Assembly: GCA_021151525.1 (NCBI GenBank)
Contig: JAGKXD010000003.1
Coordinates: 26,978-90,977 of the forward strand
Direction: 5' to 3'
Length of the DNA: 64,000 nucleotides
From: Cellvibrionaceae bacterium
Lineage (GTDB): Bacteria; Pseudomonadota; Gammaproteobacteria; Pseudomonadales; Cellvibrionaceae
In this document: one piece after another, positions 48,510 to 57,193 of the stretch
Layout: every line of letters starts with the position of its first letter
Numbering within the stretch: the stretch's first letter is position 1
The notes under the pieces: model-generated
Told to the model about the DNA's origin: nothing
The model's database searches: none
The model's input: the letters and a program-made list of their open reading frames with translations, nothing else
Position numbers and translations under genes: made by a program

Positions 48510-51398
48510 ATGAGTAAAAATACAGGCTTTGCGATGCGCAGAGCATTACGTACACCGGCAAAGTTTTGTTCGGTTGCGGTGTTAATGGGTTTTGTAATGG
48601 CGCCAGCCTTTGCTGACGAGCAAGAGAAATCCGACATTGAAGAAGTAACGGTAACCGGCTCGCGCCTTGTGTCCACCGGCTTTACCCAGCCAACGCCAAC
48701 AACGACTATGTCAGAAGTTGATATTGAGCGCAGCGCGGAACCCAACGTGTTCAACACCATTTCCAAATTGCCAGCCCTGCAGGGCAGTACTGGTCGCGCG
48801 ACCAACACCAACAGTACCAGTAGCGGCATTCAAGGCTTGAGCTCATTCAGTTTGCGCGGCCTTGGCACTAACAGAACCCTGACCTTGTTGGACGGCCAGC
48901 GCGTAGTGGCAGCCAACGTATCGGGCGTGACAGACGTAAGCCAATTCCCTCAGTTGTTGTTAAAGCGCGTTGACGTGGTAACTGGCGGTGCCTCTGCCTC
49001 TTACGGTTCAGATGCGATTGGCGGTGTGGTCAACTTTATCACCGACAAAAAATTCGAAGGCTTCAAGATGAACCTTGAAGGCGGCCAAACCACCTACGAA
49101 GACGACAAAAACGGCACTCTCGCCATGGCCTGGGGTAAGGCGTTTTTAGACGATAAGTTGCACGTGGCAATCAGTGCCGAATACGGCAAAGAAGACGGTA
49201 TTAGCTCGGGTGGCGATAACGGCTTCGGTATTAAAGACCCCAGCGGTCGCGATTACTTTACCAACATGGAATTGGTACAGCGCCCCATTGGCCAAACCAA
49301 CGATGGCAAGCCTCAGCTGTACGCGAAAGACTATGCGCAAAACCTGCAGTATTCCAAATACGGTTTGATCACCGACGGCCCCTTAAAAGGTACAGCCTTT
49401 GGTGACAATGGCGTGCCCTATCAATTCCAATACGGCACCAACTGTATATCGCCCTACTGTGAAGGCGGTGATTTGAGCGCGGCCATTTGGAACGGTGCGA
49501 GCTTGGCAGGCAAATTAGATCGTAAGAATTTCTACACCCGCGTTGGCTATGATCTCAACGAAGACAACGAAATTTACGCAACGGCGACCATTGCGGAAAC
49601 CATTGCGTCTAACACGCCCAACTCAGGTGCGCCCAAGAATGGCAACCTGACCATTCAGTGCGATAACCCCTTCTTGCCAGCTTCGATTAAAGACGCTTGT
49701 GCGGCAAACAAGATCACCAGCTTTAAATACGGTACTGCGAACGCGATTTTCCCTGAAAACATCATCGTAAAACCTACACGTGATTTGGATCGCTTCGTGG
49801 TCGGTGCCGATGGTAAGTTTGATTTGTTCGGCACCAACTGGCACTACGACACCTACTTGCAACACGGTACTACCAGCACGGATTTGTATGTGCATAACAT
49901 CACTTTGACTGCACGTTACAACGCGGCAATTGATGCGGTGAAAGATGCAAATGGCAATATCGTCTGCCGCGATGCTAAAGCCCGCGCGTCTGGCTGTGTG
50001 CCTTTAAATATCATCGGCAACATCAAACCAAGCGATGCAAGTTTGGCGTACATCATGCCTGAGCACGGCCCAGAGCAGCATGTAAAACAATTGGAAAACG
50101 CCTTCAGCTTCAGTGTGAGCGGCGAGCCCTTCTCTTTGCCAGCAGGCCCAGTGGCGGTGGCGACCGGTTTCGAATATCGCAAAGAGTGGTACGAAACCAA
50201 AGCTGACCCTTACGGTAACGGCGGCCCGACCAATGCAGATTACCCAGCAGATCCATTGCTGAACACCAACCCCGGTAACAACTGGTACGCGGGTAACTAC
50301 CACGCAGGAACTGGTGAGTACGATGTTAAGGAAGCTTTCCTTGAAATGAACCTGCCGTTGATGGACTCAGAAGCAGCCGGTCGCGCAAACCTCAACCTCG
50401 CTGGCCGTGAAACTGACTACAGCACCGCAGGTAATGTATCGGCGTGGAAAGTCGGTGCAACTTGGGATACGCCGGTGGATGCCTTGCGTTTGCGTGCAGT
50501 AAGTTCGCAAGACGTGCGCGCTCCTAATCTCGGCGAGCTCTTTGCACCAACCCAAGTGTTCAACGCGACTGCGCTCTACAATGGCGTGGTTAACCAAGTT
50601 CAACAGCGCAACATTGGTAACTTGAATTTGCGCCCTGAAATTGGCCGCAGCACCGAGTACGGCATAGTCTTGGATCAGCCTGAATGGGCACCGGGTTTAA
50701 GCTTGTCGATGGATTACTTCCAAATCAAAGTGAAAGACGTGATTTCAACCTTGCAACCACAACAAGTGATTGATTTGTGCGGCGCGGGCAACAAAGAAAT
50801 GTGCGGTGCTTTCTCGATTACTGGCGGCGGCGCAACCGTTGACTACGTAACCCTGCAGCCTTTCAACCTTGCTTCTATGGAGCTGAAAGGTATCGATTAC
50901 GAAGCGCGCCAGAAGTTTGATTTGAAAGGTGGTTCATTAACGTTGCGTGCTTTGGCGACGCACACCATCAGCTTTGTAACTGACTCCGGCGTTTTGGGCA
51001 CAGTTCCAAAAAATGCAGCGGGCGTGAACTTGGGTACAACACCTTACTGGAAAGTCGTGAGCAGCGTGAGCTGGGAAACCGACAAGTACAGTCTTGAGTT
51101 GACTCATCGTTGGATTAGCGATGGTGTTTACAGCCGCGAGTACATCGAGTGTCAAACCGATTGCCCGGTATCTACCATCAATCACCAAACGATTTACGAC
51201 AACCACATGGATGGCATCTCTTATGTTGATGTGGGCGGCACCTACCGCTTCACCGACAACCTGAGCGCCTACTTCAAAGTGGACAACTTGCTCAACACCA
51301 ATCCACCCGCTGCTCCTTCTACACCGCACGGCGTGAACGCTTACCTTTATGACATCTATGGTCGTATGTATCGCGTGGGTATGCGTGTGAGCTTTTAA
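48510..51398 (+). CDS. TonB-dependent receptor (putative oxidised chito-oligosaccharide uptake)
   Basis: IEEVTVTGSR, LRGLGTNRTLTLLDGQR, GGASASYGSDAIGGVVNF, C-terminal F; substrate inferred from context only. Confidence 0.93.
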   Translation: MSKNTGFAMRRALRTPAKFCSVAVLMGFVMAPAFADEQEKSDIEEVTVTGSRLVSTGFTQPTPTTTMSEVDIERSAEPNVFNTISKLPALQGSTGRATNTNSTSSGIQGLSSFSLRGLGTNRTLTLLDGQRVVAANVSGVTDVSQFPQLLLKRVDVVTGGASASYGSDAIGGVVNFITDKKFEGFKMNLEGGQTTYEDDKNGTLAMAWGKAFLDDKLHVAISAEYGKEDGISSGGDNGFGIKDPSGRDYFTNMELVQRPIGQTNDGKPQLYAKDYAQNLQYSKYGLITDGPLKGTAFGDNGVPYQFQYGTNCISPYCEGGDLSAAIWNGASLAGKLDRKNFYTRVGYDLNEDNEIYATATIAETIASNTPNSGAPKNGNLTIQCDNPFLPASIKDACAANKITSFKYGTANAIFPENIIVKPTRDLDRFVVGADGKFDLFGTNWHYDTYLQHGTTSTDLYVHNITLTARYNAAIDAVKDANGNIVCRDAKARASGCVPLNIIGNIKPSDASLAYIMPEHGPEQHVKQLENAFSFSVSGEPFSLPAGPVAVATGFEYRKEWYETKADPYGNGGPTNADYPADPLLNTNPGNNWYAGNYHAGTGEYDVKEAFLEMNLPLMDSEAAGRANLNLAGRETDYSTAGNVSAWKVGATWDTPVDALRLRAVSSQDVRAPNLGELFAPTQVFNATALYNGVVNQVQQRNIGNLNLRPEIGRSTEYGIVLDQPEWAPGLSLSMDYFQIKVKDVISTLQPQQVIDLCGAGNKEMCGAFSITGGGATVDYVTLQPFNLASMELKGIDYEARQKFDLKGGSLTLRALATHTISFVTDSGVLGTVPKNAAGVNLGTTPYWKVVSSVSWETDKYSLELTHRWISDGVYSREYIECQTDCPVSTINHQTIYDNHMDGISYVDVGGTYRFTDNLSAYFKVDNLLNTNPPAAPSTPHGVNAYLYDIYGRMYRVGMRVSF

Positions 51399-51417
51399 TT
51401 AGCCAGTCTTGTTGTTT

Positions 51418-51458
51418 GGCAGCGGATTCTGTGCAGATCGAATCCGCTGCCCTTTTTT
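51418..51458 (+). terminator. Terminator after the TonB receptor
   Basis: GGCAGCGGATTC...GAATCCGCTGCC-CTTTTTT. Confidence 0.9.
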
Positions 51459-51472
51459 CGCTGGCGCGTTAT

Positions 51473-51569
51473 TGAAAATAACTTTCTTTGTTGATCATTA
51501 AATAGCATATTAGATTTTTCCATTCAGGGTTTTACGGTCATTTCTTATGGTTTATGAAAATAGCTTTCA
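51473..51569. promoter_or_regulatory. Two further operator copies at the head of the catabolic operon
   Basis: TGAAAATAACTTTCT (51473) and TGAAAATAGCTTTCA (51555, inside codons 3-8). Confidence 0.65.
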
Positions 51570-52833
51570 AAGCGATCTATTTCCTAGCTATCTGGTAGAC
51601 CCTGATGGCAAGGGCTTGGGCGATTTAAGCAGCAAGCCACGTGTTGGCGCTGTGAAGGCGCTCGGCTGGAATATTTTGCGCGAGGATGTAAGCCTGCCGG
51701 TTGCGGTGCTGCGCGAAGAGCGCATCGACCACAATTTGAAATGGATGCAGCAGTTTATCGCGAGCTACAACCTCAAATTAGCACCTCACGGCAAAACCAC
51801 CATGAGCCCTGAGCTGTTTAAAAAGCAGCTCGATCACGGCGCTTGGGGAATTACCTTGGCCACTGCACCGCAAGTGAATGCCGCTTACAACCACGGCGTG
51901 CGCCGGGTGTTAATGGCGAATCAATTGGTCGGCCGCGCCAATATGGCGATTATTGAACGCCTGCAGCGCGACCCGAGTTTTGAGTTTTATTGCATCGTAG
52001 ATTCGGTTGAAAACCTCAACCAACTTGGCGAATTTTTTAGTCAGGCCAAACAATCCATAAAAGTATTGATTGAACTCGGCGTTGACGGTGGGCGAACCGG
52101 TATTCGCAGAGATGTTGATTTGGCGAATGTCTTGGCTGCTATTGCAGTGTGGTCGGGCACAGTCGTGCTCGCAGGTCTTGAAGTTTACGAAGGTGTATTG
52201 AAAGAAGAGTTGCCCATTCGCGATTTTTTACAGCGCGCTGTGCGCGTGTTGCAAGGCTTAAATAACAACCATTATTTAACAACGCCACGTGTAATTCTTA
52301 GCGGCGCTGGCTCAGCTTGGTTTGATTTGGTAGCGGAAGAATGGGCACAAGCCGATATTGGTCGCCCGCTCGATATTATTCTTCGCCCCGGTTGCTATTT
52401 AACGCATGACGTTGGGATTTACAAATCCAGCGAAACACGCATCAGTATCAGCAATCCCATCGCGCGTTCCATGCAAACAACACTGCTGCCCGCACTGCAA
52501 ATTTGGGCTTATGTGCTTTCGCTGCCCGAGCCAGGTTTGGCCATTATGGGTTTGGGTAAACGCGATGCCGCTTTTGATGCGGGCCTGCCCGTTCCCAACA
52601 AGCATTATCGCCCCGGCCAAGTTGCACCTGTTCAAGTGAGTAATGAGTGGCAGCTGAGCGCAATGATGGATCAACACGCGTTTATGCGCGTGCCCGTGGA
52701 TGCCGATATCCAAGTCGGCGACATGATCGCGTTTGATATTTCCCACCCCTGCCTCACCTTTGATAAGTGGCGGCAATTATTAATTGTGGACGAGGCACTC
52801 AACGTGACCGAACTCGTACACACCTGTTTCTAA
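51547..52833 (+). CDS. PLP fold-type III D-amino-acid dehydratase/deaminase (DSD1-like; candidate D-glucosaminate deaminase, OngC-like)
   Basis: LAPHGKTTM (PLP lysine), LMANQL, RPGCYLTHD, DQH, SHPCLTFDKW. Confidence 0.85.
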   Translation: MVYENSFQSDLFPSYLVDPDGKGLGDLSSKPRVGAVKALGWNILREDVSLPVAVLREERIDHNLKWMQQFIASYNLKLAPHGKTTMSPELFKKQLDHGAWGITLATAPQVNAAYNHGVRRVLMANQLVGRANMAIIERLQRDPSFEFYCIVDSVENLNQLGEFFSQAKQSIKVLIELGVDGGRTGIRRDVDLANVLAAIAVWSGTVVLAGLEVYEGVLKEELPIRDFLQRAVRVLQGLNNNHYLTTPRVILSGAGSAWFDLVAEEWAQADIGRPLDIILRPGCYLTHDVGIYKSSETRISISNPIARSMQTTLLPALQIWAYVLSLPEPGLAIMGLGKRDAAFDAGLPVPNKHYRPGQVAPVQVSNEWQLSAMMDQHAFMRVPVDADIQVGDMIAFDISHPCLTFDKWRQLLIVDEALNVTELVHTCF

Positions 52834-52847
52834 GGCGGAGCTGAATC

Positions 52848-54224
52848 ATGTTCGCCGCAATAGATTTTACTCACGGGTTTTTTACCCCCGGACAATGGCT
52901 GTTGGTTTACGCACTGATCAGCGTGATCGCGTTGATTTTATTAATTGCGCGCTATCGCATTAATCCGTTTATCACCATTGTTTTAGTGTCCCTGGGTTTA
53001 GCGCTCGCAGCGGGCATGCCGGCAAAAGATATTGTGGCCTCTTACGAAGCAGGTGTGGGTAAAACGCTCGGCCATATTGCGCTCATAGTTGCGCTTGGCA
53101 CTATGCTCGGAAAAATGATGGCGGAGTCCGGCGGTGCAGAACAAATTGCGCGCACGCTGATTAAATCCTTTGGCGAAAAAAATGTGCACTGGGCCATGCT
53201 CTGCATTTCATTTTTAGTCGGCTTGCCAATTTTTTTTGAAGTGGGTTTTGTGTTGTTGATTCCCATCGCTTTTAACGTTGCGCGTCGCACAGGCACTTCC
53301 ATGTTAATGGTGGGCTTGCCGATGGTGGCAGGCTTATCGGTTGTGCACGGTTTAGTGCCGCCGCATCCCGCCGCTATGATTGCAGTGGGAGAATATCAAG
53401 CCGATGTTGGCCGCACACTTTTTTATGCATTAGTTGTCGGCATTCCCACCGCAATAATTGCAGGCCCTTTGTTTGCAAAATTCATCGCCCCGCGCGTGGA
53501 ATTACCTTTGGTGAATCCACTGGCGAGCGAGTTTATCCAGCAAGATACCCAGCGGACTTTCCCCGGCTTCGGTATTACTCTGCTGACCATACTCCTACCT
53601 GTAGTCTTAATGCTTGTTGGCGGCTGGGCCGATAAGCTGGCTACGCCGAATTCAGATCTGCACGGCGCATTGCGCTTTGTGGGCAATTCGGTTGTGGCGC
53701 TACTCATTGCGACTGTGGTCAGCTTTTTTACTCTCGGCATTGCACGCGGATTTAGTCGCGATCAAATTTTAAAATTCTCGCAAGAATGTTTAGCACCTAC
53801 AGCGGGAATTACTTTATTAGTGGGAGCGGGCGGCGGACTCAATCGAATTTTGGTGGATGCCGGCATCGCCAAAGAAATTGTTACACTCTCAGCGAGCATG
53901 CAAATAACGCCCTTATTTTTAGGCTGGATTTTGGCGGCGTTAATTCGTATCGCAACTGGTTCGGCTACCGTTGCCATGAGTACAGCGGCGGGCATAGTTG
54001 CTCCCATCGCCGTGGCAGCGCATTATCCTCATCCAGAATTATTAGTGATTGCTACTGGTGCCGGTTCGTTAATTTTGTCGCACGTAAACGACGGCGGCTT
54101 CTGGTTAATCAAAGAATATTTCAACATGACTGTCGCCCAGACCTTAAAAACCTGGACAGTTTTGGAAACAATAATTTCGCTAGTCGCGCTGCTATTCGTC
54201 TCGCTACTCGCACTTGTTATTTAA
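52848..54224 (+). CDS. GntP-family (gluconate/D-serine type) permease
   Basis: LGKMMAESGGA, FFEVGFVLL, HGLVPPHP, RIATGSATVA, SHVNDGGFW. Confidence 0.95.
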   Translation: MFAAIDFTHGFFTPGQWLLVYALISVIALILLIARYRINPFITIVLVSLGLALAAGMPAKDIVASYEAGVGKTLGHIALIVALGTMLGKMMAESGGAEQIARTLIKSFGEKNVHWAMLCISFLVGLPIFFEVGFVLLIPIAFNVARRTGTSMLMVGLPMVAGLSVVHGLVPPHPAAMIAVGEYQADVGRTLFYALVVGIPTAIIAGPLFAKFIAPRVELPLVNPLASEFIQQDTQRTFPGFGITLLTILLPVVLMLVGGWADKLATPNSDLHGALRFVGNSVVALLIATVVSFFTLGIARGFSRDQILKFSQECLAPTAGITLLVGAGGGLNRILVDAGIAKEIVTLSASMQITPLFLGWILAALIRIATGSATVAMSTAAGIVAPIAVAAHYPHPELLVIATGAGSLILSHVNDGGFWLIKEYFNMTVAQTLKTWTVLETIISLVALLFVSLLALVI

Positions 54225-54247
54225 CGCTTTCAGTTAAAGGAAAGTAA

Positions 54248-55123
54248 ATGAATTCTCTTTTCGATATCGTGTACCACATTCGCAGCTGTCGCGATAAATT
54301 GTCGAGTACCGAACAAAAAGTTGCCGATGCAATTCTTAACGATATTGCGTTCGCCGCCGCTGCCAATATAGACCAAATAGCCGCAAAAGCCGGTGTGAGC
54401 ATTTCCACCATTTCGCGCTTTTCCAAATCGGTCGGTTGTTCGGATATTCGCGATTTAAAATTAAAACTCGCATCAGCCAATGCAGTTGGCTCGCGTTTTT
54501 TAAGCGATGTGCCCGCAACCGAAGAAAGCGCGTTTTACACGCGAATTTGTAGCGAAGTTGAAACCACTTTACGCGCAAGTCTTGGGCGTTTTGTGGAAGC
54601 TGATTTTCAGCAAGCCGTACAACATATCACTGCCGCGCGTATGGTTTATGTTGCGGGTATGGGCGGCGGCTCAACCATGTTGGCGGAAGAAACCCAATTC
54701 CGTTTGGCGCGTTTAGGTTTTGCGGTGGCGGCTTATCACGATCCTGTTGTGTTGCGCATGCTCGCTGCAACCATGACGCCCAATGACGTACTCATTATTT
54801 TATCCATGACGGGCGTTACGCCCGAATTATTAGCCATCGCTGCAATAGCTCGCGAATACGGCGCGCGCATTATTGTTATCACTGACCCTGCATCACCACT
54901 CGCGCAAAAAGCTGATTTGGTGTTGCCTGTAACAACAGACGAAACCGATTTTATTTACAAACCTTCTGCTGCGCGTTACGGAATGTTGTTTGCTATCGAT
55001 GTACTTGCAACAGAATTAGCCTTATCGCGCAGAGATCAAAGCAAAGAGCTTTTGCGCCGCGTAAAATTTGCGTTAGATGAATATCGTGGCGGTGAAAATA
55101 ATCGCTTGCCGCTTGGCGATTAA
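54248..55123 (+). CDS. MurR/RpiR-family regulator (HTH + SIS)
   Basis: LSSTEQKVA...IA..AGVSISTISRF; GMGGGS; LSMTG SIS motif. Confidence 0.93.
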   Translation: MNSLFDIVYHIRSCRDKLSSTEQKVADAILNDIAFAAAANIDQIAAKAGVSISTISRFSKSVGCSDIRDLKLKLASANAVGSRFLSDVPATEESAFYTRICSEVETTLRASLGRFVEADFQQAVQHITAARMVYVAGMGGGSTMLAEETQFRLARLGFAVAAYHDPVVLRMLAATMTPNDVLIILSMTGVTPELLAIAAIAREYGARIIVITDPASPLAQKADLVLPVTTDETDFIYKPSAARYGMLFAIDVLATELALSRRDQSKELLRRVKFALDEYRGGENNRLPLGD

Positions 55124-55145
55124 AACGCAATTAACAAACCATTAA

Positions 55146-56618
55146 ATGAGTACAACAGCTGTGATTTACGATGTCATTATTACTGACGCTGCCATTATTG
55201 ATGGTTCCGGCGATAAACCTTTTAAAGCCGACCTTGCTATTAAGAATGGCGTTATAGCCGCGATTGGTGATTTGCATAATCTCAGCGCTAAAAACAAAAT
55301 CCATGCAAATGGTTGTGTGTTGGCTCCAGGTTTTATTGACGTACACACGCACGACGATATTCAGGTTATTCGTCAGCCCGATATGTTGCCGAAAATTTCA
55401 CAGGGCGTGACTACTGTAATTGTGGGCAATTGCGGAATCAGTGCAAGCCCCGCCGTGGTTGCAGATGCACCACCAGACCCAATGACTTTATTGGGCAAGA
55501 AAGAAGAATTTGTTTACAAGAAATTTTCTGAATACAGCGCTGCTGTTAATGCTGCGCAACCCTCGGTAAATGTTGCCGCACTGATTGGTCATACAACCTT
55601 GCGCCAAAATCACATGGATAAACTTGATCGCGTTGCCACGGCGAGTGAAGTTGAAAGCATGCGTGAACAATTGCGCGATGCATTAGCGAATGGTGCTTTG
55701 GGTTTATCGACAGGTTTGGCTTACGCCTCTGCCATTGCCAGCGATACCGATGAAGTAAAAAATCTTGCGCAAGTGCTCAACGAATTTGGTGGCGTGTACA
55801 CGACACATTTGCGTACGGAATTCGATGGCATTCTAGATGCAATCAACGAAGCTTTTGATATAAGTACCTATTCACAATCGCCGCTGATTATTTCGCATTT
55901 GAAATGTGCGGGCGCAGGCAACTGGGGGCGCAGCGGTGAAATTATTTCTAAAATTGAATCGCTCGCAAAAGATCATCCAGTGGGTTGCGATTGCTATCCC
56001 TATTCTGCCAGTTCATCCACGCTCGATTTAAAACAAGTCACAGAAGATTTCGATATTGTTATTACCTGGAGCACACCGCATCCGGAAATGAGTGGCCGAA
56101 CCTTAAAAGCTATTGCGAGTGAATGGAAAACTGATTTGCACGATGCTGCAAAAAAATTGCAGCCAGCAGGTGCCGTCTATCATGGTATGAGTGAAGCGGA
56201 TGTACGGAATATTTTATCGCACCCGTTGACCATGGTTGGTTCAGATGGTTTGCCAAGTGATCCATTACCGCATCCACGTTTGTGGGGCGCATTTCCGCGC
56301 GTACTCGGTCATTACAGTCGCGACCTTGCTTTATTTTCATTGCCCGAAGCTGTGCGCAAAATGACAAGCTTGTCGGCAGATCGTTTTGGTTTATCTGATC
56401 GTGGAAAAATTGGTTTGGGTTTAGCGGCAGATTTGGTTTTATTTAATCCGCTACTGATTAAAGACACCGCCAGTTTTTCGCAACCCGCACAAGTTGCTGA
56501 AGGCATAGAAGCTGTGTGGGTGAACGGCGTGTTGAGTTACCACCAAAAACAATTGACTGGCGAACGCGCTGGAAAATTCTTGCCCCGCTCGCGCGATTTG
56601 CGCAAAGGCTTCCATTAA
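55146..56618 (+). CDS. N-acyl-D-amino-acid deacylase family amidohydrolase (candidate GlcNAc1A deacetylase, OngB-like)
   Basis: PGFIDVHTHDD, GNCG, THLR, SHLK, GSDG, PHPRLWGAFPR. Confidence 0.9.
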   Translation: MSTTAVIYDVIITDAAIIDGSGDKPFKADLAIKNGVIAAIGDLHNLSAKNKIHANGCVLAPGFIDVHTHDDIQVIRQPDMLPKISQGVTTVIVGNCGISASPAVVADAPPDPMTLLGKKEEFVYKKFSEYSAAVNAAQPSVNVAALIGHTTLRQNHMDKLDRVATASEVESMREQLRDALANGALGLSTGLAYASAIASDTDEVKNLAQVLNEFGGVYTTHLRTEFDGILDAINEAFDISTYSQSPLIISHLKCAGAGNWGRSGEIISKIESLAKDHPVGCDCYPYSASSSTLDLKQVTEDFDIVITWSTPHPEMSGRTLKAIASEWKTDLHDAAKKLQPAGAVYHGMSEADVRNILSHPLTMVGSDGLPSDPLPHPRLWGAFPRVLGHYSRDLALFSLPEAVRKMTSLSADRFGLSDRGKIGLGLAADLVLFNPLLIKDTASFSQPAQVAEGIEAVWVNGVLSYHQKQLTGERAGKFLPRSRDLRKGFH

Positions 56619-56651
56619 TTCCAAAAAACTTTTTAGATGTTAGAGGTTGTT

Positions 56652-57041
56652 ATGTCAGATATTACCCGTATTGGTGTTGAAGGCGGTAAAGGTACTGGTG
56701 GGCAGCATTTGCCTTTTGCTCGCGCTGCAGGTGCAGATGGTTGGTTGTTTGTTTCCGGCCAAGTACCCATGGTCAATGGTGAAATTATTGATGGCGGAAT
56801 TGTCGCGCAATCACATCAAACGATTAAAAATGTTTTAGCCATTCTCGCCGAAGCTGGTTACGGCCCCGAGCATGTTGTGCGCTGCGGCGTATGGTTGGAT
56901 GACCCGCGTGACTTTATGTCATTCAATCGCGTGTTTATGGAATATTTTGGCGCTAATCCACCAGCGCGCGCTTGTGTGGTTTCCAGTATGGTGGTGGATT
57001 GCAAAGTAGAAGTTGATTGTGTGGCTTATAAAAAGCCTTAG
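56652..57041 (+). CDS. RidA/YjgF-family enamine/imine deaminase
   Basis: LFVSGQVP, FNRVF..YF...PPARACV, KVEVD; start MSDITR with RBS GAGG. Confidence 0.93.
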   Translation: MSDITRIGVEGGKGTGGQHLPFARAAGADGWLFVSGQVPMVNGEIIDGGIVAQSHQTIKNVLAILAEAGYGPEHVVRCGVWLDDPRDFMSFNRVFMEYFGANPPARACVVSSMVVDCKVEVDCVAYKKP

Positions 57042-57107
57042 TGTTTTTCTGTGTTTTAAAAAACACGGATTTATTTAATTAGAAATGGATGGCACTTACC
57101 TAAGCTT

Positions 57108-57150
57108 GTCATCCTCGCCGCTTTGATGAGTCGTGAAGATGACGATTCCC
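57108..57150. repeat. Degenerate CGTC-type REP
   Basis: GTCATCCTCGC...GTGAAGATGACGATTCCC; same end as the 6731 copy. Confidence 0.6.
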
Positions 57151-57193
57151 TTCTTAAGTAATTACTAATCTAGTTAGAGATAGGTTGCTGCTA

